A DNA stretch of 64,000 nucleotides from Okamejei kenojei. Lineage: Eukaryota. Each line of letters opens with the position of its first letter. Within the stretch, counting starts at the first letter, position 1. The notes under the pieces are model-generated. The model did not search any database. It saw only the letters and a program-made list of their open reading frames with translations, and had not been told where the DNA came from. A program made the position numbers and the translations under genes. Shown here in pieces: positions 1 to 10,194 of this stretch. The stretch lies in the NCBI GenBank assembly GCA_035221665.1, contig CM069147.1, forward strand, positions 45,012,001 through 45,076,000, given 5' to 3'.

Positions 1-23
1 TCGCCAAGTAGGACAGGCCCTTA
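1..23. mobile_element. Right terminus of a MITE similar to the one at 62824-63143 (cut by window edge)
   Basis: aagtaggacaggccctta resembles the TIR end cagtgggacagggctttta. Confidence 0.4.
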
Positions 24-110
24 AGTCTGAAGAAGGGTTTTGACCCGAAATGTCACCCATTCCTTCTCTCCAGAGATGCTGCCTCTCCCGCTGAGTTACA
101 TTTTGTGTGT
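24..110 (+). mobile_element. PLE terminal-repeat fragment containing hammerhead motif (27-54)
   Basis: ctgaaga-a-gggtt-tt-gaccc-gaaa-tgtc followed by the family tail cattccttctctccagagatgctgcc...gctgagttac. Confidence 0.75.
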
Positions 111-1115
111 AATGTCATTAAACTATAGACGAAGGTTGAACTGAAGTTGGACCCAAACGAAAATCAAAGCACAAATATTTTGACATCACAATTTGGTTTC
201 ACAGTCAATTTAAAGATGGCATTGGAGCTCCATCTTGCTACACAGTCATGGGTATAGAGCCATAATCTCTTTATTCCATTATTCCATTTTATTTTTTGTG
301 CCACTTCTGCTTACGCTACACTCTTTGCACCATTCTGCTATTCTTGCCTTTCTTGTATATTTATTGTTTTATTGTTTACTTTGTGAGCTTCATGTGAACT
401 AGGAAATTCTTGCACATTAATGTATATGGCAATAAGATCTCAATCTCCCATTATTGATGCGGGTGTCCGTCGAAAGCCTTTTCTATACTATTGGAAAGTT
501 TGACCAGGCAGGAGAGCCGTTGTAGCTTCAAGAAAGCAAGACAACATTTTTAGCTGCCTGCGTAGCTTACTACTGTGTTACATCATTAGGATGCAGTGGT
601 TTGCATATATGTCAATGGCTGAGTCAGCATTACATTGTAAACAACCCACAGTGCAGCAGAGTTCAAGAAGCAGAAAATTCAGAAATTGGGTTAAAAAAAA
701 ATTAATATAATTACCAAAGCTGTTGGCGTAAATTCTGAGAACAATCAGTTGGTGATGCATTTTGTGCTCATGCAGGTGAAGGAGTTGAAGGGTTGTAGTT
801 TGACCTTTGGGAAGGTAAGATGGTTGGGCTGGGGCTTGGAGAGGGGGAATTCCTTGACTTTGCTCTCTGTGTAGAATGATGACAGAGGTGAAAGTAAACA
901 GGCTCTTTGAACTCTTTAAAATGAGAGCTTGACCCATCCAAAAGTTCGGTCTTGAACCTTTAGAACTGTCCTGTTGAAAGCCTGGTGTATGATGCCTGGA
1001 ACCGGGACACAAAGCACAGAGAGTTTGATCTTGGTGGTTCTTGCATTGCGGTTCCAAGAGCTGTCAACTGGCGATTAACATACGAGAGCTCATCCTTTCC
1101 TTGAGCAGCCTGCGA

Positions 1116-1205
1116 CTCAAGAAGGGTCTCGACCCAAAATGTCACCCATTCCTTCTCTCCAGAGATGTTGCCTGTCCCGCTGAGTTACTCCAGCATTTTG
1201 TGCCT
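1116..1205 (+). mobile_element. PLE terminal-repeat fragment
   Basis: Same repeat family; hammerhead core mutated (ctcaaga, aaaa). Confidence 0.75.
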
Positions 1206-1535
1206 TAACTCCTTCACTGGGAATCAGTATTGTAGAGGAAGGTAATTAGGATAAATTGTTCTGCTTGAAAGCTAGATATCCTGCTGGTGTGACAGGATTG
1301 TGTTATCAGATATGGTAATTTTGATTTGAATTTCTTATCAGTCTTCATGCATTACTGTCACCTTCTTATCCTCTGGACATTATCTGCCAGCATTGGTATT
1401 CACACAAACAAATAAAACATGGGCAGACTTCACAATCTTGTTTGATTTCATCACTTAGCTAGTTGGTAGGTCCTGCTGTTGAATCTTTCATCACAGATGT
1501 CTGGGCAGATAGACAGATATTTGAACAGGGGTGTG

Positions 1536-1640
1536 AGTCTGAAGAAGAGTCTCGACCCGAAATGTTTGTCCCGCTGAGTTACTCCGGCATTTTGTGTCTA
1601 TCTTCAGTGTAAACCAGCATCTGCAGCTCCTTCCTACACA
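1536..1640 (+). mobile_element. PLE terminal-repeat fragment
   Basis: gtctgaagaagagtctcgacccgaaatg...gctgagttactccggcattttgtgtctatcttc...cagcatctgcagctccttcctacac. Confidence 0.75.
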
Positions 1641-1741
1641 AATGTTGAACATGGTGCCTTCAAGATGGAGCGAGAGTGTATTTGGATAGTTGCCTGGCTG
1701 GCCACCAGAGCTGGACTCTGAACAGAGCTTGAAGATCAGAT

Positions 1742-1875
1742 GTACACGAAGGAACTGCAGACGCTGGTTTAAATCGAAGATAGACACAAAGTGCTGGAGT
1801 AACTCAGCGGGACAGGCAGCATCTCTGGAGAGAAGGAATGGGTGACGTTTCGGATCGAGACCCTTCTTTAGACTT
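1742..1875 (-). mobile_element. PLE terminal-repeat fragment, inverted relative to 1536-1640
   Basis: Reverse complement of the family consensus (gaaggaactgcagacgctggtttaaatcgaagatagacacaaag...gacgtttcggatcgagacccttc). Confidence 0.75.
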
Positions 1876-2450
1876 TTCTTCAGATTTTGAAGATTAGTTT
1901 TTGGCTGTCCTCAGTCAGCTGTAGTCCATCAGTGATTTCTAGGAACTTGGAGCTCACAGTAATCATTCCAGAATCAGTGCCATTTCATAAAGTGATTTAT
2001 AGATTGTGTTGTTTCCCATATTGCTGTCAAAGGCGACCAAAGTTTTATATTTATCCAATTTTATTTTCTCCATTTATCCTATTTGTGCCTTTACTCGTTT
2101 TTCCAGAGTGTGAATGTTGTCACTCTGCCCAGGATGGGGTTTGGCAGCCTTCTCGTTCCCTTGTTGAACTTTAATCAGAGAATGCTGTCACAATGTGCTT
2201 TTTGATGAGTTCAGACTGAAGCCTCTGCTACCACAGTGTTCTCCAGCAGGCAGGGTCGGAATCAAGATCCACTTCAGAGAGTTAAGAGTCAAACAGTAGT
2301 TTGGACGAAGGGGGTGAGCACACACACATTATGCCGCAAGCGGACAGCACAGAGAGCTCTATCACCACTGATTTGCTTTGACAATCAGTTCCCATATCAG
2401 AGCTAGCTTGAAGGAGGATGCTGATTTACAGGGAGTGGGTATAACATATA

Positions 2451-2760
2451 GCTCTCTCTTTCTGTCTCGTTCTCCCTCTCCCTCTCTCTCGTCCTCCCTC
2501 TTTCCCTCGCTCTCTCTCNNNNNNNNNNNNNNNNNNNNNNNNNNNNNNNNNNNNNNNNNNNNNNNNNNNNNNNNNNNNNNNNNNNNNNNNNNNNNNNNNN
2601 NNNNNNNNNNNNNNNNNNNNNNNNNNNNNNNNNNNNNNNNNNNNNNNNNNNNNNNNNNNNNNNNNNNNNNNNNNNNNNNNNNNNNNNNNNNNNNNNNNNN
2701 NNNTTCGCTCTCTCTTTCGCTCTCTCTCTCTCTCTTCCTCTCCCTCTCACTCTCCCTCTC
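2451..2760. repeat. (CT)n-rich microsatellite spanning an assembly gap (N 2519-2703)
   Basis: Degenerate ct/ctcg/ctcc repeats on both sides of the N run. Confidence 0.9.
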
Positions 2761-2989
2761 ACAAGGTGTGGTGACAAGGACATTGTGGCATTGATGGAGA
2801 AACATGGTATAAATGTGTGGGATTGTGGAATAAAGTGAATAAACAAATTTATAATTTGGACCGTATTCAAATATCCAAATCGGTGATGCGGAGTTGGAAT
2901 AAGGATCTGAGAGAATTTTGCTTTGAATTTGTTTATCCTTATTTGTTGTTGCAAGGCAAGGGGTTAGGGTGATGTCAAACTCTATGTGA

Positions 2990-3330
2990 CACGGTGGTGC
3001 AGTAGTTAAAGTGTGCGGTTATTACCGGAGCACCAGGCTATTAATGCAAGGTTCTAATCTTGTCATGGCAGTTAGGAAATTTAAATTCAAGTAATTAAAC
3101 AAATCTGGAATTAAAATTAGTCTCAGTAATGATGAGCATGAAACTCCCAGATAGTGCTAAAAGCCCACGTATGGTTGTGCCATGTGCTGTCCATACCTGC
3201 TCCCGGCCTTTTGTTGACTCAACAATATAGGTGACATTTAACAGCCTCCTTGATTTAGAGGGAATTATGGGTGGACAATAAATATGGCCCTTGCCGGCTA
3301 CGTCCATATCCTGTGGAAGAATGTAAAAGA
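2990..3330 (+). mobile_element. Old tRNA-headed SINE with LINE2-like 3' tail
   Basis: Degenerate A/B-box head (ggtggtgcagtagtt...ggttctaatc) and tail gggaattatgggtggacaataaatatggcccttgccggctacgtccatatcc. An inverted homolog lies at about 8810-9150. Confidence 0.55.
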
Positions 3331-3488
3331 GTAAAGAACAAACAGCACTAGTGTGAATCAGATAGGTAATTCATTACTACTTCCATTAATTAATGTTTCA
3401 CGCCGTAACTGAAGAGATTTACAGGCTTTGGAGGAGGAACAGGAGGCAAAATTGAAGTATAAAAATTAACTTGAAGTAATGGATCTCA

Positions 3489-3812
3489 GGGCAGCTCAGT
3501 GGCACAGCTGGTGGAGCTGCCGCCTCACAGCGGCCAGAGACCCGGGTTCAATCCTGAACTCGGGTGCTGTCTGCGTGGAGTTTGCACATTCTCCCCGTGG
3601 CCATGTGGCGTTCCTCCAGATGATCCGGTTTCCGCTCATATTTCAAAGAGGTTTTGGTTTGTAGGTTAATTGGTGTAACTGCTGTAAAGTGCCCTGAATT
3701 TGTCGGGATGGATGCGAAAATGGGATAACATAGAATTAGTGAGAACAGAAGACCGATGCTCAGCATGAACTTGGTGGGATGAAGGGCCTGTTTCCTCGCT
3801 GCATCTCTATAA
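3489..3812 (+). mobile_element. tRNA-derived V-SINE (HE1-like)
   Basis: A box tggcacagctgg, B box ggttcaatcc, V-core tgcgtggagtttgcacattctccccgtg, CR1-type tail gaagggcctgtttc...tgcatctcta. Confidence 0.8.
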
Positions 3813-4333
3813 ATGCATAAATACTGAATGGAAAACAAGTATTGCATTTGTTGGACTAAAACCATTTTCTTTTGATGGAATTTTGATGAGTTGGTCTGCA
3901 CACCTGTTATTTGTGTCACCTGCTTCTTGAGGGATTGAAAATTGCATCTATGCAATTCTTTAATAAAAGCCGTTTCAGATTCCGCCACTGGTTCATTTGG
4001 TAAGGCAGTTGGTAACCCGAATGCTATCCCAGGAGATCAGGAGGAGCTGATTTCAGATGAATTGGTTGAAAAAAATTTTCAACTTTACCCCCAAACTGCT
4101 GAAAGTCACAGAGGGGAAACCGCTCGAGAGTTTGGCTTCAGCCCAATGTCCAGTGGACAATTAGCTGGAAGTATGGGCATAGGATGAAAAACAAATTTTG
4201 TCTCAAATGTGGTGTTCCTACTAGAATCAGTACCCTAGGAAACCCATCATTTGCAATATTCTTCAAGAATTGGCAGGCTAGCATGTTTACAACCATACAG
4301 CAACTGAAGCTTGATTGATTTTGATTGATTGAA

Positions 4334-4640
4334 AGATACAACATGGAACAGGCCCTTCGGCCAACCGAGTCCATGCTGCCCATTGATCACCCATTCGTGC
4401 TAGTTCTACGTTATCCCACATTCGCATCCACTCTCAACATACGAAGCAATTTAAGGCAAATTAACCTACAAACACGAATGCCTTTGGGATGTGGGAGGAA
4501 ACCGGAGCGCCCAGAGGAAACTGATGTGATCATAATGAGAGCATGTCAACTCCACACAGACAGCAGCCGGGGTTAAGATCGAACCTGTGTCTCTGGCTCT
4601 GTGAGGCAGCAGCTTTACCAGCTATGCCACTGCGCCGTCC
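4334..4640 (-). mobile_element. V-SINE (HE1-like)
   Basis: Reverse complement of the same SINE (ggaacaggcccttcggccaaccgagtcc...gatcgaacc...gtgaggcagcagctttacc). Confidence 0.8.
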
Positions 4641-4692
4641 TGTGGGACTGATGGGGAAAGCATAATTAACCTGAAATAAAATGGCAGATATC

Positions 4693-5208
4693 CTTGGTCT
4701 TTCCAGGTGAGGCAGAGGTTCACCTGCACCTCCTCCAACCTCATCTACTGCATCCGCTGTTCCAGGCGTCAACTTCTCCACTAGCGCAGGCTCGCCGATC
4801 GTTTTGCTGAACACCTCCTCTCTGTCCGTCTTAACCAAGCTGACCTCCCAGTGGCCCAGCACTTCAACTCCTCCTCCCATTCCCAATCTGACCTTTCTAT
4901 CCTGGGCCTCCTCCATTGTCAGAGTTGGAAGAATTTGAGGAACAACACCTCAGATTTTGCTTGGGTCGTTTACACCTCAGCGGTATGAACATTGACTTCT
5001 CTAACTTCAGGTTGCCCTTGCTCTCGCTCTCCTTCCCCTCCCCCTTCCCAGTCCTCCCACTAGCCCCACTGTCTCTGCCCACTTTTTCTTTGTCCTACCC
5101 CCTCCCCTGACATCAGAAAGAAGAAGGGTCTCGACCCGAAACGTTGCCAATTCTTTTTCTCCATAGAGGCTGCCTCACCCGCTGAGTTTCTCCAGCATTT
5201 TGAGTCAA
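4693..5208 (+). mobile_element. 5'-truncated Penelope-like retroelement: decayed GIY-YIG endonuclease end plus 3' terminal repeat
   Basis: Translates QVRQRFTCTSSNLIYCIRCSR (IGETK deleted)...QHFNS...EEQHLRFCLGRLHLSGMNIDFSNFR, then a pyrimidine tract and the repeat tail gaagaagggtctcgacccgaaacgttgcc. Confidence 0.85.
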
Positions 5209-6012
5209 CCTGGCAGATACCCTTCCGTGTGCAATGTCAACTTTTACTCTTTTCACAGAGTAACAGAGAAAAGGAAGGGATGATAAGAATGATTTGTTAA
5301 TCCTTGCAAAATACTCTGCCAATTCCACCTCAGAAGTGCCCTACTCAGTTTCAGTAAACTGGATCCCAGTGCAAGATCAAAGGCATGCCAGTTTATCAAT
5401 AACTGTCCTAGCAGACCACGTTTTCCTGTAAATTGAGAACCATTTATGGCATTGATTATTCAATAAGGTTATTAACTCTCAGATGGCCGGTGTGGTAACA
5501 AGTAAAATCTTTAAAACCCTTTCGTTCACAGTTGCCACACATCAGGGGAACATTAAAATGTAGCCGGCATGTAGTGTATTAAGACAAGAAATATTTAATG
5601 TTGTTCTCACTTCGTGAAGTGGATGTGATTTTAATTATTCATAATATGAATATGTGATTGTGTCAGGTCCATTATGTTAGTGAGATTCAAATTTGGACAC
5701 AGACATGGGCCACATGCAGGACAGAGTGATGTTGTTCTTTGGCATGGGAAAAATTAAAGTTTCAATTTTGTTTTAAAAATTCATGAGACTCTATCAGTTC
5801 AAGCTCTGGAAGATGCTGCCCTGCTGCATGACCAGTTAGCAAAGCTCATCAAGGTTTCCAGTTTCACGAGCATTTAGCACGATGAAATATAATTGTAAAT
5901 GGCAGTGGTGGGAAGCAGGGCTTCTGATACAGAACCTAGATCTCTTCCTACTGATGTGCCCCTGTCTTTGGGAGATTCCATATATTCCATATGACTTGTT
6001 CTTCTCTTTGGT

Positions 6013-6051
<39 letters not shown>
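6013..6051 (+). repeat. Poly-G run (about 39 nt)
   Basis: Direct reading. Confidence 0.9.
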
Positions 6052-6052
<1 letters not shown>

Positions 6053-6085
6053 AGGGGTAAACAGTTCTAGGATACTACAGACACA

Positions 6086-6187
6086 ATAGACACAAAATGC
6101 TGGAGTAACTCAGCGGGACAGGCAGCATCACTGATAGAAGGAATGGATGACCTTCCTCACACTGACGTTTTGGGTCGAGACCCTTCC
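6086..6187 (-). mobile_element. PLE terminal-repeat fragment
   Basis: Family consensus; flanked by direct repeat ctaggatact (6067-6076 and 6187-6196). Confidence 0.7.
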
Positions 6188-6588
6188 TAGGATACTTTGG
6201 CATTTTTTCTGTTTCTGTTAACTCTATTTATTGTACACTCGTTGTTTCTGGTATATGATGGGCTCCCATTGGTATAAATGCATTTAATAAATGATAATAA
6301 TATTGCCAATTTGTTTTGAATTCTTGAAATATTGAGTAGAGAATTGGAATCCACAGGACGAACAAAATGTTCTTGATAGTGACAACTATTCACTGTATTG
6401 TGTTCATTTTGCATCTATTCAAAATCTTTCAGTGTTAAAAGACATTTATTGGCTTTTGGTGAAGTGTTCCTCATTCAGTTTGTTGGCAAAATTAAAGACC
6501 ATCCTATAAAAGTGATGGTAAGGGCATGAATATTCTTCATTTAATGGAATATCGTCAAATAATGGAAAACAGAATGTGGTAATGAATG

Positions 6589-6787
6589 CGTAGGAAGGAA
6601 CCAAAAATAGACACAAAATGCTGGTCAGCGAGTCAGGCAGCATCTCTCGGTGAAGTTTCAGGTTGAGACCCCTCTTCAGACTGAGACTCAGGGGAGAGGG
6701 AAACCAAAGGTGTGAAATGTCACTTATTCCTTTTCTCCAGAGATGCTGCCTGACATGCTGAATTACTCCTGCATTTTGTATCTATCA
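6589..6787. mobile_element. PLE terminal repeats as an inverted pair
   Basis: A minus copy followed by a plus copy of the tail. Confidence 0.7.
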
Positions 6788-6869
6788 TTTATGGTAATTA
6801 ATGGTTATTTTTTCCAATAGGATTAGCATTCTGGTGGGTTCAGTCATGGGACTGCTATGGATTTGATGT

Positions 6870-7490
6870 ACATTAATAACTTGGCTTTTGAAATTTGCAG
6901 AGGACACAAGATGTGTTAAGTATAGTGAAGGAAATGTCAAAGGGTCACAAACCACTAAGTTCCCAGCAAAGGAAGTTTTCCTCAGAATAGTATAAGGTGA
7001 TCAGATTTTAGTGTGGAGAATCAGAACAGGTAATAAACAGAAAATGTTTCAACTGGTGCATAAATAGAGTCCTGGGTATGTTTTTGCATAAACCTGTGAA
7101 GGGGGCACAATTGGCTGGTAAAGAAAATTAAATCCTTGCTTTTCTAAATAAAGACAGTGAGCTATTGATGGTAAACCTGTATTGGTTGGACTGCAGCTTG
7201 AAAGTTGTTTCAGAGGATGGACTTCCCACCAGGAAGATGGAAAACTTTGAAGAAGGTCCATCAGAGATTAGAGAAGATTTAGACTAGATTTGTCGTAAGA
7301 TAAAAATCGTAACTTTTTCACATTACAGGATGTTAGCATTGCCTGATAGATGGGTGGATGCAGTTTCATCACTAATGTGGATAAGTATATAAGGGCGAAA
7401 AATATGTGATGGGAAGGAATTAACTCAAGGACCTGCTGTTAAGAAGAGCCAGCACACAATCAGAGGGCTGAATGATCTCCATGATTCATT
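6870..7490 (+). mobile_element. Highly decayed CR1 LINE 3' region
   Basis: Recognisable CR1 ORF2-end and 3' UTR remnants (ggtaaacctgtattggttggactgcagcttgaaagttgtt..., agggctgaatgatctcc). Confidence 0.45.
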
Positions 7491-7519
7491 GATGCCAAAT
7501 CCAGCCTAAGATCAGTGCA

Positions 7520-7895
7520 TTTTGTCATAGCTGTCTGTTTCAAAGAATGTGAAAGATCTTGTGGCACCTTTGCAGAACAGGAGGGTCCTTCCAAGTCTGA
7601 AGAAGGGTCTCAACCTGAAACGACACCCATTCCTTCCCTCCAGAGATGCTGCCTGTCCCGCTGAGTTACTCCAGCATTTTGTGTCTATCTTAGGAGAGTC
7701 CTTCAAATGTCCTTGCAAAATTTAACTCTCAACCAACATAAACTAAGACAGAATTCTTGCTATCTTCTCCATTGTTGTCCACAGGTTAACTATCTACCAA
7801 ATTAAATATCAGATCAAACTCAATCCGTTAGCTGTGAAATGTTTTAAGACGTTCAGAATATATAAGCAATACTATATAGTTGCAGGCTTATTCAT
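7520..7895 (+). mobile_element. Deu-domain SINE remnant interrupted by a PLE fragment (7594-7691)
   Basis: aaagatcttgtggcacc...tgtccttgcaaaatttaactctcaaccaacataaactaagacaga...ttagctgtgaaatgtttt resembles the Deu core of SacSINE1/AmnSINE1. The PLE is flanked by gagggtccttc / gagagtccttc. Confidence 0.55.
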
Positions 7896-8809
7896 CTACT
7901 CGAGTTGAAAGGAGTTAATATTATTCATCTCCAAAGGAGGGAAATTGCTGATGCCTTTGAAATCTTCTGCGGCTTCATTTAAATGATTGTTGTAGAATAT
8001 TCACCTTCTATCAAAAGCTGCAATGTCGTACATGGCAGTGAATGCACACACTATAAATCTCATTTATAATTAGTGACATTTTAGGCACTTGTAACTGAGC
8101 AGATGTCAGTCAAAGTAAAGCACTATGAGCAAACAGTATTATTGTCCCCGTCCTGTTGCAAGGTAGAACTACAGACAATCCACTTTAGACTGTAAAAAAA
8201 CATTGGTAATTGCATTAGTGATACTTGCTTTTTGTTGTTTTTTTAAAAAATAATCTCATTTTGCTGAACGATGTGCACAGAATGCCTCAGACCTATCCAG
8301 CCTTCAGCCAGTTGCCTGTTGGATTGGTTTCCAGAGTGGAAATTTTGTGAATAAAGTATATTGATTGAACTTGGGTTAAGTAAATGTTTGCTTCACTAGT
8401 TCATCACGCTGTCAGTTGGTGGAGAAGGGTCCAGCAGCCCCCACCAACGGCTGATCAGGAATGGGTGTACATTTTCAATGATTCTAAAGCTCAATTACAT
8501 CACCTGCGCAGAAGCATTTATGTTACTCTGCAGCATCCTGGAATTACCGGGAAAACCATCTGCAGCTGAATATTTGAAAATTGTAATGACTTTTCTCCCC
8601 TATGATATTTGAAGCAAAAATCACTATTCTCTGCTGAGAGTTGGATCATATTAAATCAATAGGCGCTCTGTGTTGTTGGTTTGGTATCAGTTTTTTTTTA
8701 CTTCTGGAACACGTCGAAACCGTTTAACCCCTTTGCTTTTCGATCATTGAAGAAAATTGCAAAAATGTTTGCCCATTCAAAGATGATGAAATAACTACTG
8801 ATCACTAGC

Positions 8810-9150
8810 AGGATATGGACATTGGCAACAGTGTCAATGTTTACTGTCTATTCCTAATTGCCCCTAAAGTGAGGAGGCAACTAAAAGTCAAAGCATTGAT
8901 GGATCTGAATTCGGATGTAAGCCAGGCCGAGTAAGGATGGCAGATTTACTTCCCTGAACGACATTATTGAACCAAATGGGTTTTTAAGGCATTCCATTAT
9001 TTTCATATTAACAGGTTATTCCAGATTTTATTTGTTTGCTGGAATTTAAATTCCCCAGATGTCACGATGGGATTCAAATCCATGTCTGCAGCTCAACAGT
9101 CCAGGCTTTCTGAATATTAGTGCAACATTAAGTTAACACTACCACGCCAG
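8810..9150 (-). mobile_element. Old tRNA-headed SINE with LINE2-like tail (homolog of 2990-3330)
   Basis: ggatatggac...tttactgtctattcctaattgcccct...attccagattt...aatttaaattc...atgggattcaaatcc is the reverse complement of the 2990-3330 layout. Confidence 0.55.
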
Positions 9151-9156
9151 GCACAG

Positions 9157-9546
9157 TTTAGTTTAGTTTAGTTTAGAGATACAGTGTGGAAACAGGCCCT
9201 TCAGCCCACCAAGTCCACAACGACCAGCGATCCCTGCACATTAACACTATCCTACACACACTAGGGACAAGTTGTTAACCATTTAAACCCAGCCAATTAG
9301 CCTACAAACCTGTACGTCTTTGGAGTGTGTGAGGAAACCGATCTCGGAGAAAACCCACGCAGGTCACAGGGAGAACGCACAAACTCTGAATAGATAAGAT
9401 ACAAGATACATGATACATTTATTTGTCACATGCACCAATTGGCACAGTGAAATGTGTGGTCGCCCAGAGATAGCACCCGTAGTTAGGATCGAACTGGGGT
9501 CTCTGGCGCTGTGAGGCAGCAACTCCATCGCTGTGCCACCGTACCA
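9157..9546 (-). mobile_element. V-SINE (HE1-like) with a short LINE 3'-tail insertion at about 9389-9465
   Basis: (tttag)n tail, ggaaacaggcccttcagcccacc, V-core and B box gatcgaac. The insert reads on the minus strand ...catttcactgtgccaattggtgcatgtgacaaataaatg(tatcttg)n. Confidence 0.8.
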
Positions 9547-10148
9547 CACGGTAAAGGCAATTTAACAAATGTTATGTGCAAACCCATAGCAGGACTGCAC
9601 ACATGAGGTACATTCCTTTCCACCTCGTCCTCATAATCCTCAGACCTGGTGCTGCAATCAACACTTTCTGAGTTTGCCGGTTATGTGGTACTATTTGTTC
9701 TGTGCGTTGAGTTTCTATTGATTTTCAGATGTACAGTGATGAAACAGTTTAGCAACGATTCCAGTCCTATTTGCCTGGAAATCACAGGAAACCTCAGTGG
9801 GTGAGGATTTGACACAATCGTATGATATTTTGCTGACTAGTCTTCTGACTCCAGCACTGAGTGATTTATTCGAAAGGAGTTAACACCCCTGCTAAAAAAG
9901 TGGGCAGAGAAATTTCATACCGAATAGTTGAGCCTTTGTCTACTTGCATTGCCAGCAGTGATTCACACTTTCAGATTTTATGGAGTGTTAATTTTGTAGA
10001 CACTCAGTTTTCTTTCCGGGAAAAATATAGAAGGAATATACTACTCTAAGGGCCAATTTCTTATAAAGTATTTAGTAGTGAGATGTCAGATGTAAGAGTT
10101 TATTTTTTTACGCAAGGCACTCACTTACTGTTTTGTTTCAATTTTCAG

Positions 10149-10194
10149 GCCCCTGCCAGACTGGATGCAATGAAACGCTCATGTAGTCAACACC
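10149..10194 (+). promoter_or_regulatory. 5' UTR part of the first coding exon with three upstream ATGs
   Basis: ATG-CAA-TGA (10165-10173), ATG at 10170 (12 codons, stop 10206-10208, overlapping the main ATG out of frame) and ATG-TAG (10181-10186). Confidence 0.75.

Noticed and set aside
2362-2954. ORFs with RE/SL repeats
   Set aside because: Artefacts of the (CT)n microsatellite and the N gap.
1-10148. ZFHX3 promoter or first exon
   Set aside because: No CpG island or convincing promoter and donor combination seen; the region reads as intron upstream of the first coding exon.
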